The notes under the pieces were generated by a model. It was not told the origin of the DNA, ran no database searches, and was given only the letters and a program-made list of their open reading frames with translations. A DNA stretch of 64,000 nt from Laetmonice hystrix. Lineage: Eukaryota. Location of the stretch: NCBI GenBank assembly GCA_965235115.1, contig OZ249441.1:4774001-4838000 (forward strand), written 5' to 3'. Shown here in pieces: positions 1 to 12,000 of this stretch; within the stretch, counting starts at the first letter, position 1, and each line of letters begins with the position of its first letter. The translations under genes and the position numbers were made by a program.

Positions 1-615
1 AATATTTAATTGTGTGTTCACCACATCGCAGATATATTTGAGATCAGTCTATGAAACTCATCGCATGAGTTCACATATATTTTTGTCATCACTGGACCAT
101 GAACTGTCACAAAAGTCCCTCAAGTCTTGTAGGCAGTAGGCCTACAAAAAAAACCATAGAAATCAAACACTTCCACTGTCTTTCCTAACACCCATGCACC
201 CCCGCCCAACCAGAAAAGCCTGAGAGTGTGGACTGAATAGCCTAGGACCGATATCCTGACTGTCGCATGAAGGGGTCCCAAAAAGCCATTGGAACGAGTT
301 TCTGAGTGGTTATTTTTCAAAATGTTATGGAGGAGGACACCCAGACCCCGCCTTCGGCGCTCGGAAGTTGTGCTTTGTCCCATCCCCCCCCCCCCCCCCC
401 GATTTTCTGGATCCGCGCCTCCGAAGTATAATTCAAGTCCAGTAGGCTACGCTGAATTTTCAAGTTCTTCTATTTATGCTTCAGATCTCCAAGACCACAC
501 CTCCAACCACTGCCAAGGGGATGAACCAGGACCGTTACCAGGGCACCCCTCCCGTGGACCATCACCTCCAGTCAAGTTCTCTGTGACCTTAGTTGGCTGT
601 GATCGGTGGCCAGCC

Positions 616-1914
616 ATGGGCTGTGCTACCTCCATGTGTTCGTGTGCTCAGACCTCCGTATCTACCATCAACCCGACAGCTCACACCCACATTCGTCTCA
701 ACAGTAAACCCCGACGACGATCTGGTCTGTCCCGACTCACCACCCCGTCCATTGTGAGTGTGGACGCCAAGAGTTCCCACTGGAGTTCGTACGACGTCGA
801 GATCAAGGAGAATGACCAGTTCAGTGATGTCCATCACATCCGGGGACCTTGTGAGATCGAATCGGACGACGAGTACGACCCGCCGTTTGTAGAGCAGCAG
901 AGTCAGCACCATTCAGCCCGCCAGGATCCGCGCGGGTTGCTCACTGAGCGATCCAAGTGGACGGTCACGGTGAGGCTGTACGCTCAAAAAGCCAGCGACC
1001 AACGCAGTGGCACAGAAATCCCGAGTGTGGAGGAAACAGGGTCACATTTCAGCTCAGGGGAATGGCACGGAAAGTCGGGCTCGAGTCAAGGATCCCGAGG
1101 GTCGGCGAAACGCGTTCTCCACACTAATAATGGAATGGTGCCGCAGCGAGAGCACGCAAACCTTGGCAGAGACAATAAACACAAACCAAACCAGCTCCAT
1201 CACAGTCATTCTGAGAAACCTTTCACACAGACAGAACGGGACTACTCGAGACACGTGGACAACTCAATCAATCCTACCTACGCGTGGGGACGGGGCGGAA
1301 AGTCAAGGAAAGAACCCCCGCATGTAGCTAATACATCTAACCTAAGCAATGGACCCAATGGCAGTATTCCTTTCAATGGGTTACCGCTCACAGCCGGCAG
1401 ACATCAGCAGAAATACGAACAGACAACAAGCCTCTCCACTTACCTCTCCTTCGGCACGAATCACTACAAGCAGGCACGGCCCTCCAATGGCTCAAACCGG
1501 CGAAAGAAGGCCGAGTGCGAGGAAAACTGGCAGGGCCTTTGTGAAGGGCGCTCTGCGGCGACGACCCGTCCCCGTAGCACCCACCCAGGCAGGAATCGCC
1601 AGGACCTTTATAGAGGGTTCGACCCGGTCTGTGACGAGGACTCTTTCTTCAGTGAGAGCCCCGCTGACAGTCTGATTACCGATTATTTGGGTGACGGAGA
1701 CATCGTCGAGGATTTTAGCGGATCGACGCATTCGTTAAGCACGGCTGGTAAGCGCGCATCCGTCAGTACATCCGGTAAAGGGACGTCGGTTTACGAAACA
1801 ACCCCAGACTCGGAAATCGTGATCGACAGTCTCATCCCGGTGTTGGACAAACTGAACCGACCAAAGGCAGCACTCCGCCGGCACAGATCTGAGCCCTTTC
1901 ACTTTCTAGCGTAG
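616..1914 (+). CDS. Orphan Ser/Gly/Arg-rich, probably disordered 432-aa protein with N-terminal MGCATSMCSC lipidation-type motif
   Basis: Long open frame to TAG at 1912-1914. ATG at 616 is in gccATGG Kozak context, with a candidate acceptor (ttctctgtgaccttag, 591-592) just upstream. The ORF-track start at 289 lies in MITE-like/poly-C sequence. No recognisable domain. Confidence 0.6.
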   Translation: MGCATSMCSCAQTSVSTINPTAHTHIRLNSKPRRRSGLSRLTTPSIVSVDAKSSHWSSYDVEIKENDQFSDVHHIRGPCEIESDDEYDPPFVEQQSQHHSARQDPRGLLTERSKWTVTVRLYAQKASDQRSGTEIPSVEETGSHFSSGEWHGKSGSSQGSRGSAKRVLHTNNGMVPQREHANLGRDNKHKPNQLHHSHSEKPFTQTERDYSRHVDNSINPTYAWGRGGKSRKEPPHVANTSNLSNGPNGSIPFNGLPLTAGRHQQKYEQTTSLSTYLSFGTNHYKQARPSNGSNRRKKAECEENWQGLCEGRSAATTRPRSTHPGRNRQDLYRGFDPVCDEDSFFSESPADSLITDYLGDGDIVEDFSGSTHSLSTAGKRASVSTSGKGTSVYETTPDSEIVIDSLIPVLDKLNRPKAALRRHRSEPFHFLA

Positions 1915-2833
1915 GAATATTCTGGTCGGATTTGAGATCTACAGATTTTCTAGAGCAATCTCTATAGGCCTGGCCAAAGGTTGGAGCTGGTGAAAGAAGG
2001 AAGAACGGGGCTGGATACATTCTGAGGGCGTACCTGGCCTTTATTAACATTAAAGTGATCGAGTGATCGAGCTGGTTACCCCTGCTACCCCTGCTGGATA
2101 CCTCTGCTTCGCGAAAACTATTAATCAGCACGGTCCTGCAACCTACTCGCGCTCCACCTACCGGCAATATGTATATTTAGTGTCCGAGACATGAGAAGTT
2201 CCATGGTCGGCTGAGAAGAAAGATGATGGTATTTCGGATATCAAAGGTGCAACATAAGTCTGATTATTTGCTGTCCATATAAATAACGTTACCGAATGCC
2301 TCAACTGAGAAACATTCTTCTTTTTTTATAGGTGACCTTACCTGAAGGTTATACAATAACGGATAAGTCTGATTGGTATGGGACGTAATGAGAAGTTTGA
2401 ATTAACAGAGAATATTCACCATTATGGTAACTGCTATAAAGACTACGCTGATACGGAATCCGCAGTTTGAGGATGAATGAAATAACTTGTCATTTGTGAC
2501 TGGACATAATTAATCCATGATACACCAGAGAACGGACATAACAAGTTAGACTTACGTCAGGTAGGGGGAAACACCCCATTCATGTCTTTGTAGGCCTAGG
2601 ATTAAACTCTTTGTATGATCAACAACTATCACAGGGCCTGATAGATTTAGGCCCTCATCGAAGATGTCAACCATGACCCATGCAGAGAGATGTAACATGC
2701 ATAACATCGATATATTTTTCATTATTATTACCTTCTGTCGGCTCTGGAGACAAAAGTTACTTAGACATAAGACTAATAAAATTGTCTGAAGATAAATCTC
2801 TTTGTTTGATGCATTCCTTCGTTACCATTAACT

Positions 2834-5800
2834 TTATATGTATGTTGTATCAAATCTACTTTGATTAAGAAGGAACTGAACATGTTGAGAATTCCGAATT
2901 ACCCGTGGCATTTTGAACTGTTGGTTCTGATACTGCCCCATCAGGCGATGTCTCAACTCTTCAAACGTCCCAGCGCGAACCTAGAGGCAAGAAACATAAA
3001 TGACGTGTTAGGTTGACATAAGGACATCGAAGTCCTAAACTATCTCTTGTCAAAAGTCCTAAACTATCTCTTGTCAAAAGTCCTAAACTATCTCTTGTCA
3101 AAAGAAAGAATTAAATCTTACCCTTAAATTACATAACGACGTGAACGTGATATTAGGGTTCTAAAGGAAGAAATTATGGCAAAAAGGGAATAAAAGAACT
3201 AACCTGGACAATGACCATTGAGTGGACACTGCCTTTGTCCCGACATGCCTTATATGGTTGATGGCGCTGGCATAACATTGCGTCAAGCTTGGCGGATCAA
3301 GGAAGATAATAAATCCTATATCCGGCGTGTTACACTGACCTTATAATAACAACTATAACATACGATATACTTTCACCAAGAACAACACCAAGCAACCAGA
3401 ATTACACGTACACATACACATCTGCACATCAATGGCCCATGACAAAGATCTATAAATAATATCATTCATAGGCACATGTGTGCACGTAAAAGATTATTCC
3501 TATCAAATACCTGTTCGATCTGTGCGTCTGTAAGAACAAAATCTTCACTTGACAGCTCCAGGAAGATAATATAACAATTGCGTTTCAGTTTTCTTCCTAC
3601 AACAGATACGTATGCGCTCGATGAGAGATTAATACAATAATGCTAATATTTTCGTAAAATGGAGAGCGTTAGAAAACAGTTTGGATAGCATGTTTATATA
3701 AAACAAATTTTACTTCAATCGTAGACACTATGTTAACGAATTCCTTGGCGCAATTATATTTTCTGATAGTGGCTCCTAACATTGGAAAAGTTGATGCTCA
3801 GAACTGCTCCTTCCGAAATGCTGAATATGTACAAACGCAGCCAGTGCCATAGGAGCAGTTCTATGCAGGCCTATTTATTTTGGTTCCCTTTTACTCGGAC
3901 TTTCAGCATGTGCCAGACGAAATATGTATACAATGGTCTTCATATCAGGGCTACGATCGAGACACTATTGTTTGGGAGAGGTAGCTATGTATTATTTCGT
4001 ATGTCCTATTAAAGAAAGACATCTTCATACCCGTGACGCTCTCGATGACGAGCGCCTCACAGGCCGTGTAGTCGACGAGTGCGATGTTTGGCGACCAGTG
4101 ACGGATACTCTCCTCCACACACTCGTACATGATGCTCTCCGGGGTGTGTTCAAAGGTCACATTCAGCTCCTGGCCTAACCTGGAGGAGGACAGGCAAACA
4201 GGAGGCTAGACAGGAGGCGATTCCCTCTGTACACACCGCTTCTCGCTCTCGTTCTCTCTCTCTCTCTCTCTCTCTCTCGTTCTCTCTCCCGTTCTCTCTC
4301 TCGTTCTCTCTCTCCCCCTCTCTCTCTCTCTCTGTTGAACTTGCCGCTATGTTGTGCGGCTAAACCTATCTATGGGCCTACCTGTAGCGAAAGTCAAAGG
4401 TAGGCAGTTGATAATGAAACCCGGTCACTTTGACAATATCCCCAAGACGGTAGCGGTAGAGACCTCGTGTGTTTGTCAGGACCAGTTCGTAACTCGCTCC
4501 GGTCTGCAACTGTTTAGGAACTCTTCAGGAAGTCGTCAGGACAAACGACTTCACAAGTAGGCGGGTAATGGAGGGGTGTGAAAACTTTCCAACAAGCAAA
4601 CAAAACCTCAATCCTACAATTTATTACAAAGTCAAAATTAAAAGAAACCACTATATCCGTAACAGGGCCTTGTTTTTATAACTGATTTCGCAGCCATACC
4701 TGGTCGGCGAAAAGAGTTTCCTTGTTTTTATAACTGATTTCGCAGCCTTACCTGGTCGGCGAAAAGTGTTTCCGGTTGATCCTCCTCCACATTTTCTACA
4801 GGAATGAATTCCACAAAACAGTCATAAGGTGTGAAGGTGAAACGACTGACGTTTTCTTCAAGGGCAAATCCCAACGATCCTTCCGAACAGACATACGCCG
4901 AGGAGACTAGTTTCACCCCTTTCATATAGTTCTCCCGAAGAAGTTTGGCAGGATGAGCAAAGCCACCTGTAGTGTTCAGATAGGCCACCTTCAAACTTGG
5001 CCATACTCTTCTTGATATACCCACAAAGCCAACGCTGAACTCTCTTCTAAGCTCCTCGGCGCGCCTGGGATCTGCTTGGAAATGCGAAGAAAATTCCTTT
5101 CGTATCCCGTCATCAGGAAGTTCGAGGTCTTCCCTTATCTGACCTTTCTCAATGTCATCGCACAGTGGCCGCCAATGTTCTTCGATAAATTTGAAGAAGT
5201 AGTACGCAATGTTGGTGGAGAAAGAACTTAAGTTGCCCAGTTCGCGTTCGCGCAGCAAGAACAAGGCTTGGATGTAATACGCGGGGAACTCTTGGTACAC
5301 CTTGGTGATACATACCGGGACAACATTCGTCTCCTGAGGTGGAAACAAATAAACGGTGATTGACGACATGGGCGTCCCGCAGGGGGCGTGTCGATCGGGC
5401 GGGTAGAGGACCAAACTGACGGTCCGCTTCAAGATGCTCGTGTGCTTGAATACCACCAGGAGGTAAGCGTGTTTTGCCATCGACCATTGCCGATACGTGT
5501 CGGTGACTGGGATGGTTTTGTTCTTGCCTGAAGTCCCAGACGACAGGGCATAAAACACAACCTTGTCTGACGTCAACACGTTCTCTTCACCGTTTCTCAT
5601 CCGTTCCAGGTAACCATCGAAGTGAGCGTATGTTGCAAGTGGAACCCGTTTCACGAATTCCTCCCGCGAAGTGATTTTTCCGAAACCGTACTTCTGTCCG
5701 TATTCACTGCTGCTGTTTTTGTCCAGGATAAGTAACAATAGATCATCCTGAACCTGGAACATGTCGGAGGTATTGTAGCTGGTATTGTTATTGAGGATGA

Positions 5801-6280
5801 TTAGGTCAATCGTTCCAAATTCAGTTACTCTAAATATTCATCTCTTTTCTTGCAAATATACTTTATACTAGGCCATAACTAACGATAAGTTTTATGCTTG
5901 GCGTCAGGTTGTCCGGTTTCTTGGCATTCAAACGAACAAATATCTTAGGAAGGGACAGGGATGCGATGCGCAAGGTAACACTCATCATAATACATATAAC
6001 TTCTTTTGTTAACATTTAATGAAGCACTGTACATGTATACCCAACGTTTAGATATTGGCGTGAAACAAAAATCACAGGGATGTACTTGTAACCGACTGAC
6101 CTTCTTACAGTTTCTTGCATCCCTGTTGTATCTCCAGAGTTTGTAATTTCCCAAGGTTCTGGTGAGCAGAAGTAGCCCGTACCGTTTGAGAAGCAGCCTT
6201 ATGGAGTAACTATTAGCAGGCGAGTTTTTACGGATGTCAAGACAAATAAACGCCGCAACTAGACACGCCAGACCTATCAT
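2834..6280 (-). CDS. GHDC: GH3-domain protein (GHDC-like acyl-acid amido synthetase fold), copy 1, 591 aa, 7 coding exons
   Basis: Exons 6101-6280, 4752-5753, 4382-4509, 4031-4179, 3511-3596, 3204-3287, 2834-2980; all GT-AG, phases consistent, 1776 nt. GH3 motifs LSSGTSGKNK, AYVCSEG, GLYRYRLGD and C-terminal QFKMPRV; short N-terminal hydrophobic segment. Confidence 0.9.
4240..4333. repeat. (CT)n microsatellite in a GH3-1 intron
   Basis: Direct inspection. Confidence 0.9.
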
Positions 6281-7692
6281 TCCTGTCCAATGTGAGTAGA
6301 AGAGGCGTAATAACAAAATGTGGATGGCACAATACAGTCGTTTCTCTTTCTTTCCAAAAATTGAAAACCGCTGTAAGTAAGACATTCAGATCTTAGTGCA
6401 GTATTGTGACCCATTCGTGCCGAAGAGTTGGATCAAAGAGGACGATATGTCATACAATCTTTTGTCAATTGATGCACAACTACTAACAGTACACCTTGGT
6501 TTGAGCTAAGGCTGAAACGTTAGTAATAGCAATAGTTGGACTTTGGTATTTCATAGGTATTACTCGACTAGCACCCTTATACCATATCTACCAGAGGTCT
6601 CCTTTAGATGGACCCGTGTACTTGAGTGTTTGTCAGTCCTATAATCGGATATCTGACACATGAATTTGGACCCTGCACTCTTTCTCTCTGTCTTCCTTGG
6701 CACTCGATACTGCGGCTACTGCATCGTGCACCCCTGTCTGCTCAGCACGTAGTCTCTTCCACAGACGAGACTCCATACCTGACTTGGACAGAGTCCCACC
6801 CAGCCAAGTCAAGCATAGCAAGATCCATGCTCGACTGGAGATCTTTTAATGTTAAGGTTCCTTCGCAAGTGAAGACCTAACGAGGTAAGTGGGTCACAGG
6901 ATGAGTGCAGCTGGGAACTGGGCATGATTTACCGAACATGTTGGTAAATCGATGGTAGTATGATTGCCCTGTGACTGTGTATTGGAGTATAATGACACTA
7001 GTGTACATGCATGGTCCTAATTACAATAAATATTACCATATTCCGTATCCAACCCCACTATCCGTACATTATCAACCCCCCCCCCCCCTTATTTAGTTAT
7101 TGTAGGCCGGGTATACGTTATAAGCATACAAAAGGTGGCGTCCCCCTATATTTTGGAGATTAGCGTCAAGAAAATGGAAACTAATTATTCCTACCTGTAA
7201 GGACAGAAAGCCCGCGCCATTCCACTTCGGTGGCGACGAAGAAAAGTGCCGACGAAAGGACGACGAGTAGAACAGAAGCGGCTAGGAGTTGGTTCTCCCT
7301 CTTTTGCATGTTTGACACCTTTAAATCTCAGATTACGGACACGAGTGTGGGTATGTGTTTGGATATGTGTCTGCGATGAAGTTTGGATCACGTTGGATCA
7401 GGTCCGCCGCTGGTGGCAGGCGGGCTGGGTGTGGGCATGCATGACCTAGATCTAAGACAACTGACATGCGCTGAAAGTGTGTCAGAGTCACAGTTGAGCT
7501 GAGAGATGAAGACCTTCAGCCTACCACCAAGGGATCTGCATCTTCTCCGGTCCAATAGGATAACACTTCGGTACATCCAGGGTAATTATCTCGGAGTCGG
7601 TTCTCATTTCGATCGTCATAAAGATTTGCTAAGGCAGCCGCTACATGAACCCTTATTGCAGTGGTTTCCAGTGATGTGGGCCTATACCATAA

Positions 7693-7932
7693 CAGGCGCG
7701 TATCCAGGATTTTCAGCAGGGGAGAGTCTCAGGAAATGTTAAAAAATTTGAAGCTCTGAGACGCAATTCCCCGCCATTTAGGGGCCATTTTAGGGCTTTA
7801 TATTTTGTGGATTCATCGCTCAACAGGTTTAAAATGGCAGGAATGCTTAGAAAAAATCGCTCAACGGGTTCAAAACGGCGGGAATGCTTAGACAAAATAT
7901 ATGCTCTGTGGGAGCAGGGGGACACGCGCCTG
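7693..7932. mobile_element. 240-bp MITE (CAGGCGCGT...ACGCGCCTG)
   Basis: 9-bp exact TIR; flanks CATAA / CATTA (5-bp TSD, 1 mismatch). A related right end is at about 400-420. Confidence 0.6.
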
Positions 7933-8822
7933 CATTATAGAATGGTGCAAAACATTTCTAATGTAGACAGGAATTAGCGCACTACAAGTGTTTTAATATT
8001 GTATATTGCCATGTACGTCCCTGTAGGGAATTCATCGGACTTGGCTGATACAAGACGAGAAACTTGATTTGCTTTTTGCAATCCAAGCCAGTTCATCCGT
8101 CAGTAGGCTAGAGGTAGAGCAAAGGCTGAGTCACATCTTGATATAGCCTAAATTTGCTCGGTGACCGATGATCATAAGACCAGACTACGTATAGGCCTGC
8201 GCCGCCTGTGTGGACCTTATCCCTTGGAACTCTTGAAGATAATGCACATGATTATTGATCATTATGCCACACTTCCGGTTATATAGCCATGCGTGTACTC
8301 GATCGTCTGTAGAGACAGAAGATCATCAGAATAATCTGATTATTGGCCTTCCTCGGATCTAGGATGACTTTTATCTTTAAAAGTTGATTTCAACATAGCA
8401 GATCCGTCCCTTGCATCCGGTTTTATTGGAGCATCTCAACGCAGCCATCGAAAATTGCCTCAATGTTTTTACTAGCCCTCTATCGCCATGCATCAACTGT
8501 GTTCCCAAGGAGGAATTGGTGCCCAATGTTTCCCCATGTATCACGATGTGTCCCGATGTCAATCCACGTTACCCCGATGTCATCCCGATTTTAGAAACAT
8601 TGGGAGATTTTTGAACATGTTCAAAACTTTCCCGATGTTACACCTATAGGTCACATCGGGACACTTCGCGGCCAGCATTTGTCAAGTGTTGTTTTGGGTC
8701 AAAGTGGGATGGGGGCTAACAGCTCTCAGGTCGAGGGTCGAGTACAGTGGGTATACAGTCCGTTATCATCCATTGGGTCTCACTATCTGACAGGGGCGGA
8801 GACGGAGTCGCTTGAATTCATT

Positions 8823-9020
8823 GACTTGTGATTGTCGTACGAGCGAGCAGCTCCTCCCGGTCCCTGACGTGTCGTGAGTGTCCGACAGACTTGTGATTGT
8901 CGTACGAGCGAGCAGCTCTTCCCGGTCCCTGACGTGTCGTGAGTGTCCGACAGACTTGTGATTGCCGTACGAGCGAGCAGCTCCTCCCGGTCCCTGACGT
9001 CTCGTGAGTGTCCGACAGAC
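8823..9020. repeat. 65-bp tandem repeat x3
   Basis: Unit starts at 8823, 8888 and 8953; each unit ends in the TCCGACAG candidate acceptor. Confidence 0.9.
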
Positions 9021-9023
9021 GTG

Positions 9024-12000
9024 ATGGGAGCCCGGATGGAGAGGGTGCTGGTGAGGACCTCGGCTGGTTTAGTCCTCCTGGCCTCGGTCAACCTGACTGT
9101 TTCCTGGACGTGTTCTCTGGCCATAGCCCTACCTGCCGGTAAGTAATCGTTTTAGTTTTCTGTTCATGGTCTTACCTGACGGTAAGTTACCGTTTCAGTT
9201 TTCTGTTCATGGTCTTACCTGACGGTAAGTTACCGTTTCAGTTTTCTGTTCATGGTCTTACCTGCCGGTAAGTAATCGTTTCAGTTCTCTGTTCATGGTC
9301 TTACCTGCCGGTAAGTAATCGTTTCAGTTTTCTGTTCATGGTCTTACCTGCCGGTAAGTAATCGTTTCAGTTTTCTGTTCATGGTCTTACCTGCCGGTAA
9401 GTAATCGTTTCAGTTTTCTGTTCATGATCTTACCTGCCGGTAAGTAATCGTTTCAGTTTTCTGTTCATGATCTTACCTGCCGGTAAGTAATCGTTTCAGT
9501 TTTCTGTTCATGGTCTTACCTGCCGGTCAGTAATCGTTTCAGTTTTCTGTTCATGATCTTACCTGCCGGTAAGTAATCGTTTCAGTTTTCGGTTAATGAT
9601 CTTACCTGCCGGTAAGTAATCGTTTCAGTTTTCTGTTCATGATCTTACCTGCCGGTAAGTAATCGTTTCAGTTTTCTGTTCATGGTCTTACCTGCCGGTA
9701 AGTAATCGTTTCGGTTTTCTGTTCATGGTCTTACCTGCCGGTAAGTTACTGTTTCAGTTCTCTGGTCCTACCTGCCGGTAAGTTACCGTTTCAGTTCTCT
9801 GGTCCTACCTACCGGTAAGTTACCTTTTCAGTTCTCTGGTCCTACCTGTCGGTAAGTTACCGTTTCAGTTTTCTGGTCCTACCTGCCGGTAAGTTACCGT
9901 TTCAGTTTTCTGGTCCTACCTGCCGGTAAGTTACCGTTTCAGTTCTCTGGTCCTACCTGCCGGTAAGTTACCGTTTCAGTTCTCTGGTCCTACCTGCCGG
10001 TAAGTTACCGTTTCAGTTTTCTGTTCATGGCCCGATACCTGCCGATTCTTAATGCATGCAGACCACACGTATAGAAGATGTAGTTCGTAAAACTATTAGT
10101 AAGAGTCACATTCGGAATTTTTTCTGTAATGCAAAATGTGTAACAATGACGCAATGACACGCTTTCTATTTATTTGTAGCCCTTTTGGCCATTCTGTGCA
10201 TTTTGGTGGCAGCTTTGGCTCTTCACATGAGAAGTTTCCATCCAGCAGACAGTCACACCGTCAAAACGCTGCTGGCGCAGTATTCTGAGGTCCTTTTTAT
10301 AGGGGTATTTGGGCCGAGACTATGGAGGATGCGGGTGAAACAAAGCGAAGACTGCGGCAAGGTGAGATAACATCGTAGATTTGGTTATTGTGAGCTGAGT
10401 AAAAAAAAATTATGGGTTACTGAGTAAAGCCAGGAATCCATGTGTCCGAATTATAGTGGGTGTGATACGTACCTGCTGCGTAGTGCGTAGTGCGTATTCG
10501 TCAAAATCAATGAAAACAAGTTAGAGTGATTCCATGCGTAATGTGTGTTTCATTGTTTTGCTTACGCACTATACGCAATACGCACTACGCACACATGGAT
10601 CCCTGGCTTAAACCGGGCGTCAGTATACGTAGCTGAAATAGCGTCCTTATAGATAATACTTGTACTGCCCCATAATGGTATCCACACATCCAGTAATGCA
10701 TACAACCACCCCGAGTTTTCTCACTTTCAGACACAGGAAGAATCCCTCAAGGGTATACTTCAGAGGAACAAGGACACCGAATACGGTAAACGTTACCATT
10801 TTGGCGGTATCCAAACTCGAGAGGAGTACGTGAAGGCCCACCCCCTCACCGAGTACTCACACTACGCCCTTTACATAGACCGCCTGGCTGCTGGCGAGAA
10901 GAACATCCTTACCAAGGCGCCCCCGGCCTATTTCGGTGTCACCTCAGGTACAACCGGCAAGAACAAGTTGTATCCCCTGACCGAAGAGCTCCAGGGTATC
11001 CTGAGGTCGTCGATGATGAAAGGAGCGATCTCCTTTTACCCCAATATGGCCAGCCTTCAACGTATCTGGGAGTTTCGACTTCCAGCTCCCGACCGCTGGA
11101 CCAGTTGTGGGATACCAATGGGACCGGCATCCTCGTACTGGGTCCCCGGGCGCGCTTACAATGTGTACCCTTCAGTCGGCGCCAAACTTACACAGGAGTC
11201 GCCGTCTTACTACACACAGGCCGTGTTCGCGCTGGGTGAAAAAGAGCTACGGACAGTTTCGGGATTTTCAAGCAATTTGATGTATTCGTTCTTTAAGTTC
11301 ATTGAGAAGCACTGGGAATCACTGTGTGATGATATCGGGAAAGGAAGAATCGGGACGACCATAGAGATGGATGACCGTGTGCGCAACGAGTTGAATCAAT
11401 ACCTCAAGGCGAATCCCCAGCGGGCCGAGGAGCTGCTCCGTGAACGAACCAAAGGCACCAAGGGACTTGGGAAAAGAATATGGCCGAATCTGCGCACCGT
11501 TTTCATGGCAAAAAGCGGGAGCTTTAGCCATTGTGCAAAGCTACTTCTCGGCAGCTACCTGTCCGGCGTGCATGTGGCGTGCACGGGGCACGGGTCGACG
11601 GAATGTTTGACAGGCACGAACTTACGAATAGAGAAGGACGACTGTGATGTGTTCGCAATGATTCCCGACATCTGCTTCATGGAGTTTATCCCACTCGAGG
11701 ACATAGACCATGACAACCCCAGGACGTTCTTTATGGATCAGGTGTGGGTTCCTTCTTAAAAGATTAACTATACATTGTACAATACAATATATCTAAGATT
11801 AACTATACATTGTACAATACAATATATCTAAGATTAACTATACATTGTACAATACAATATATCTAAGATTAACTATACATTGTACAATACAATATATCTA
11901 AGATTAACTATACATTGTACAATACAATATATCTAAGGTTAACTATACATTGTACAATACAATATATCTAAGATTAACTATACATTGTACAATACAATAT

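Noticed and set aside
289-615. N-terminal 109 codons of track ORF 289-1914
   Set aside because: They run through a MITE end and poly-C tract; the Kozak ATG at 616 with an upstream acceptor is the more credible start.
5155-5487. 110-aa alternate-frame ORF, and similar short ORFs overlapping GH3, LINE and WDR3 exons
   Set aside because: Shadow ORFs of real coding exons with no independent features.
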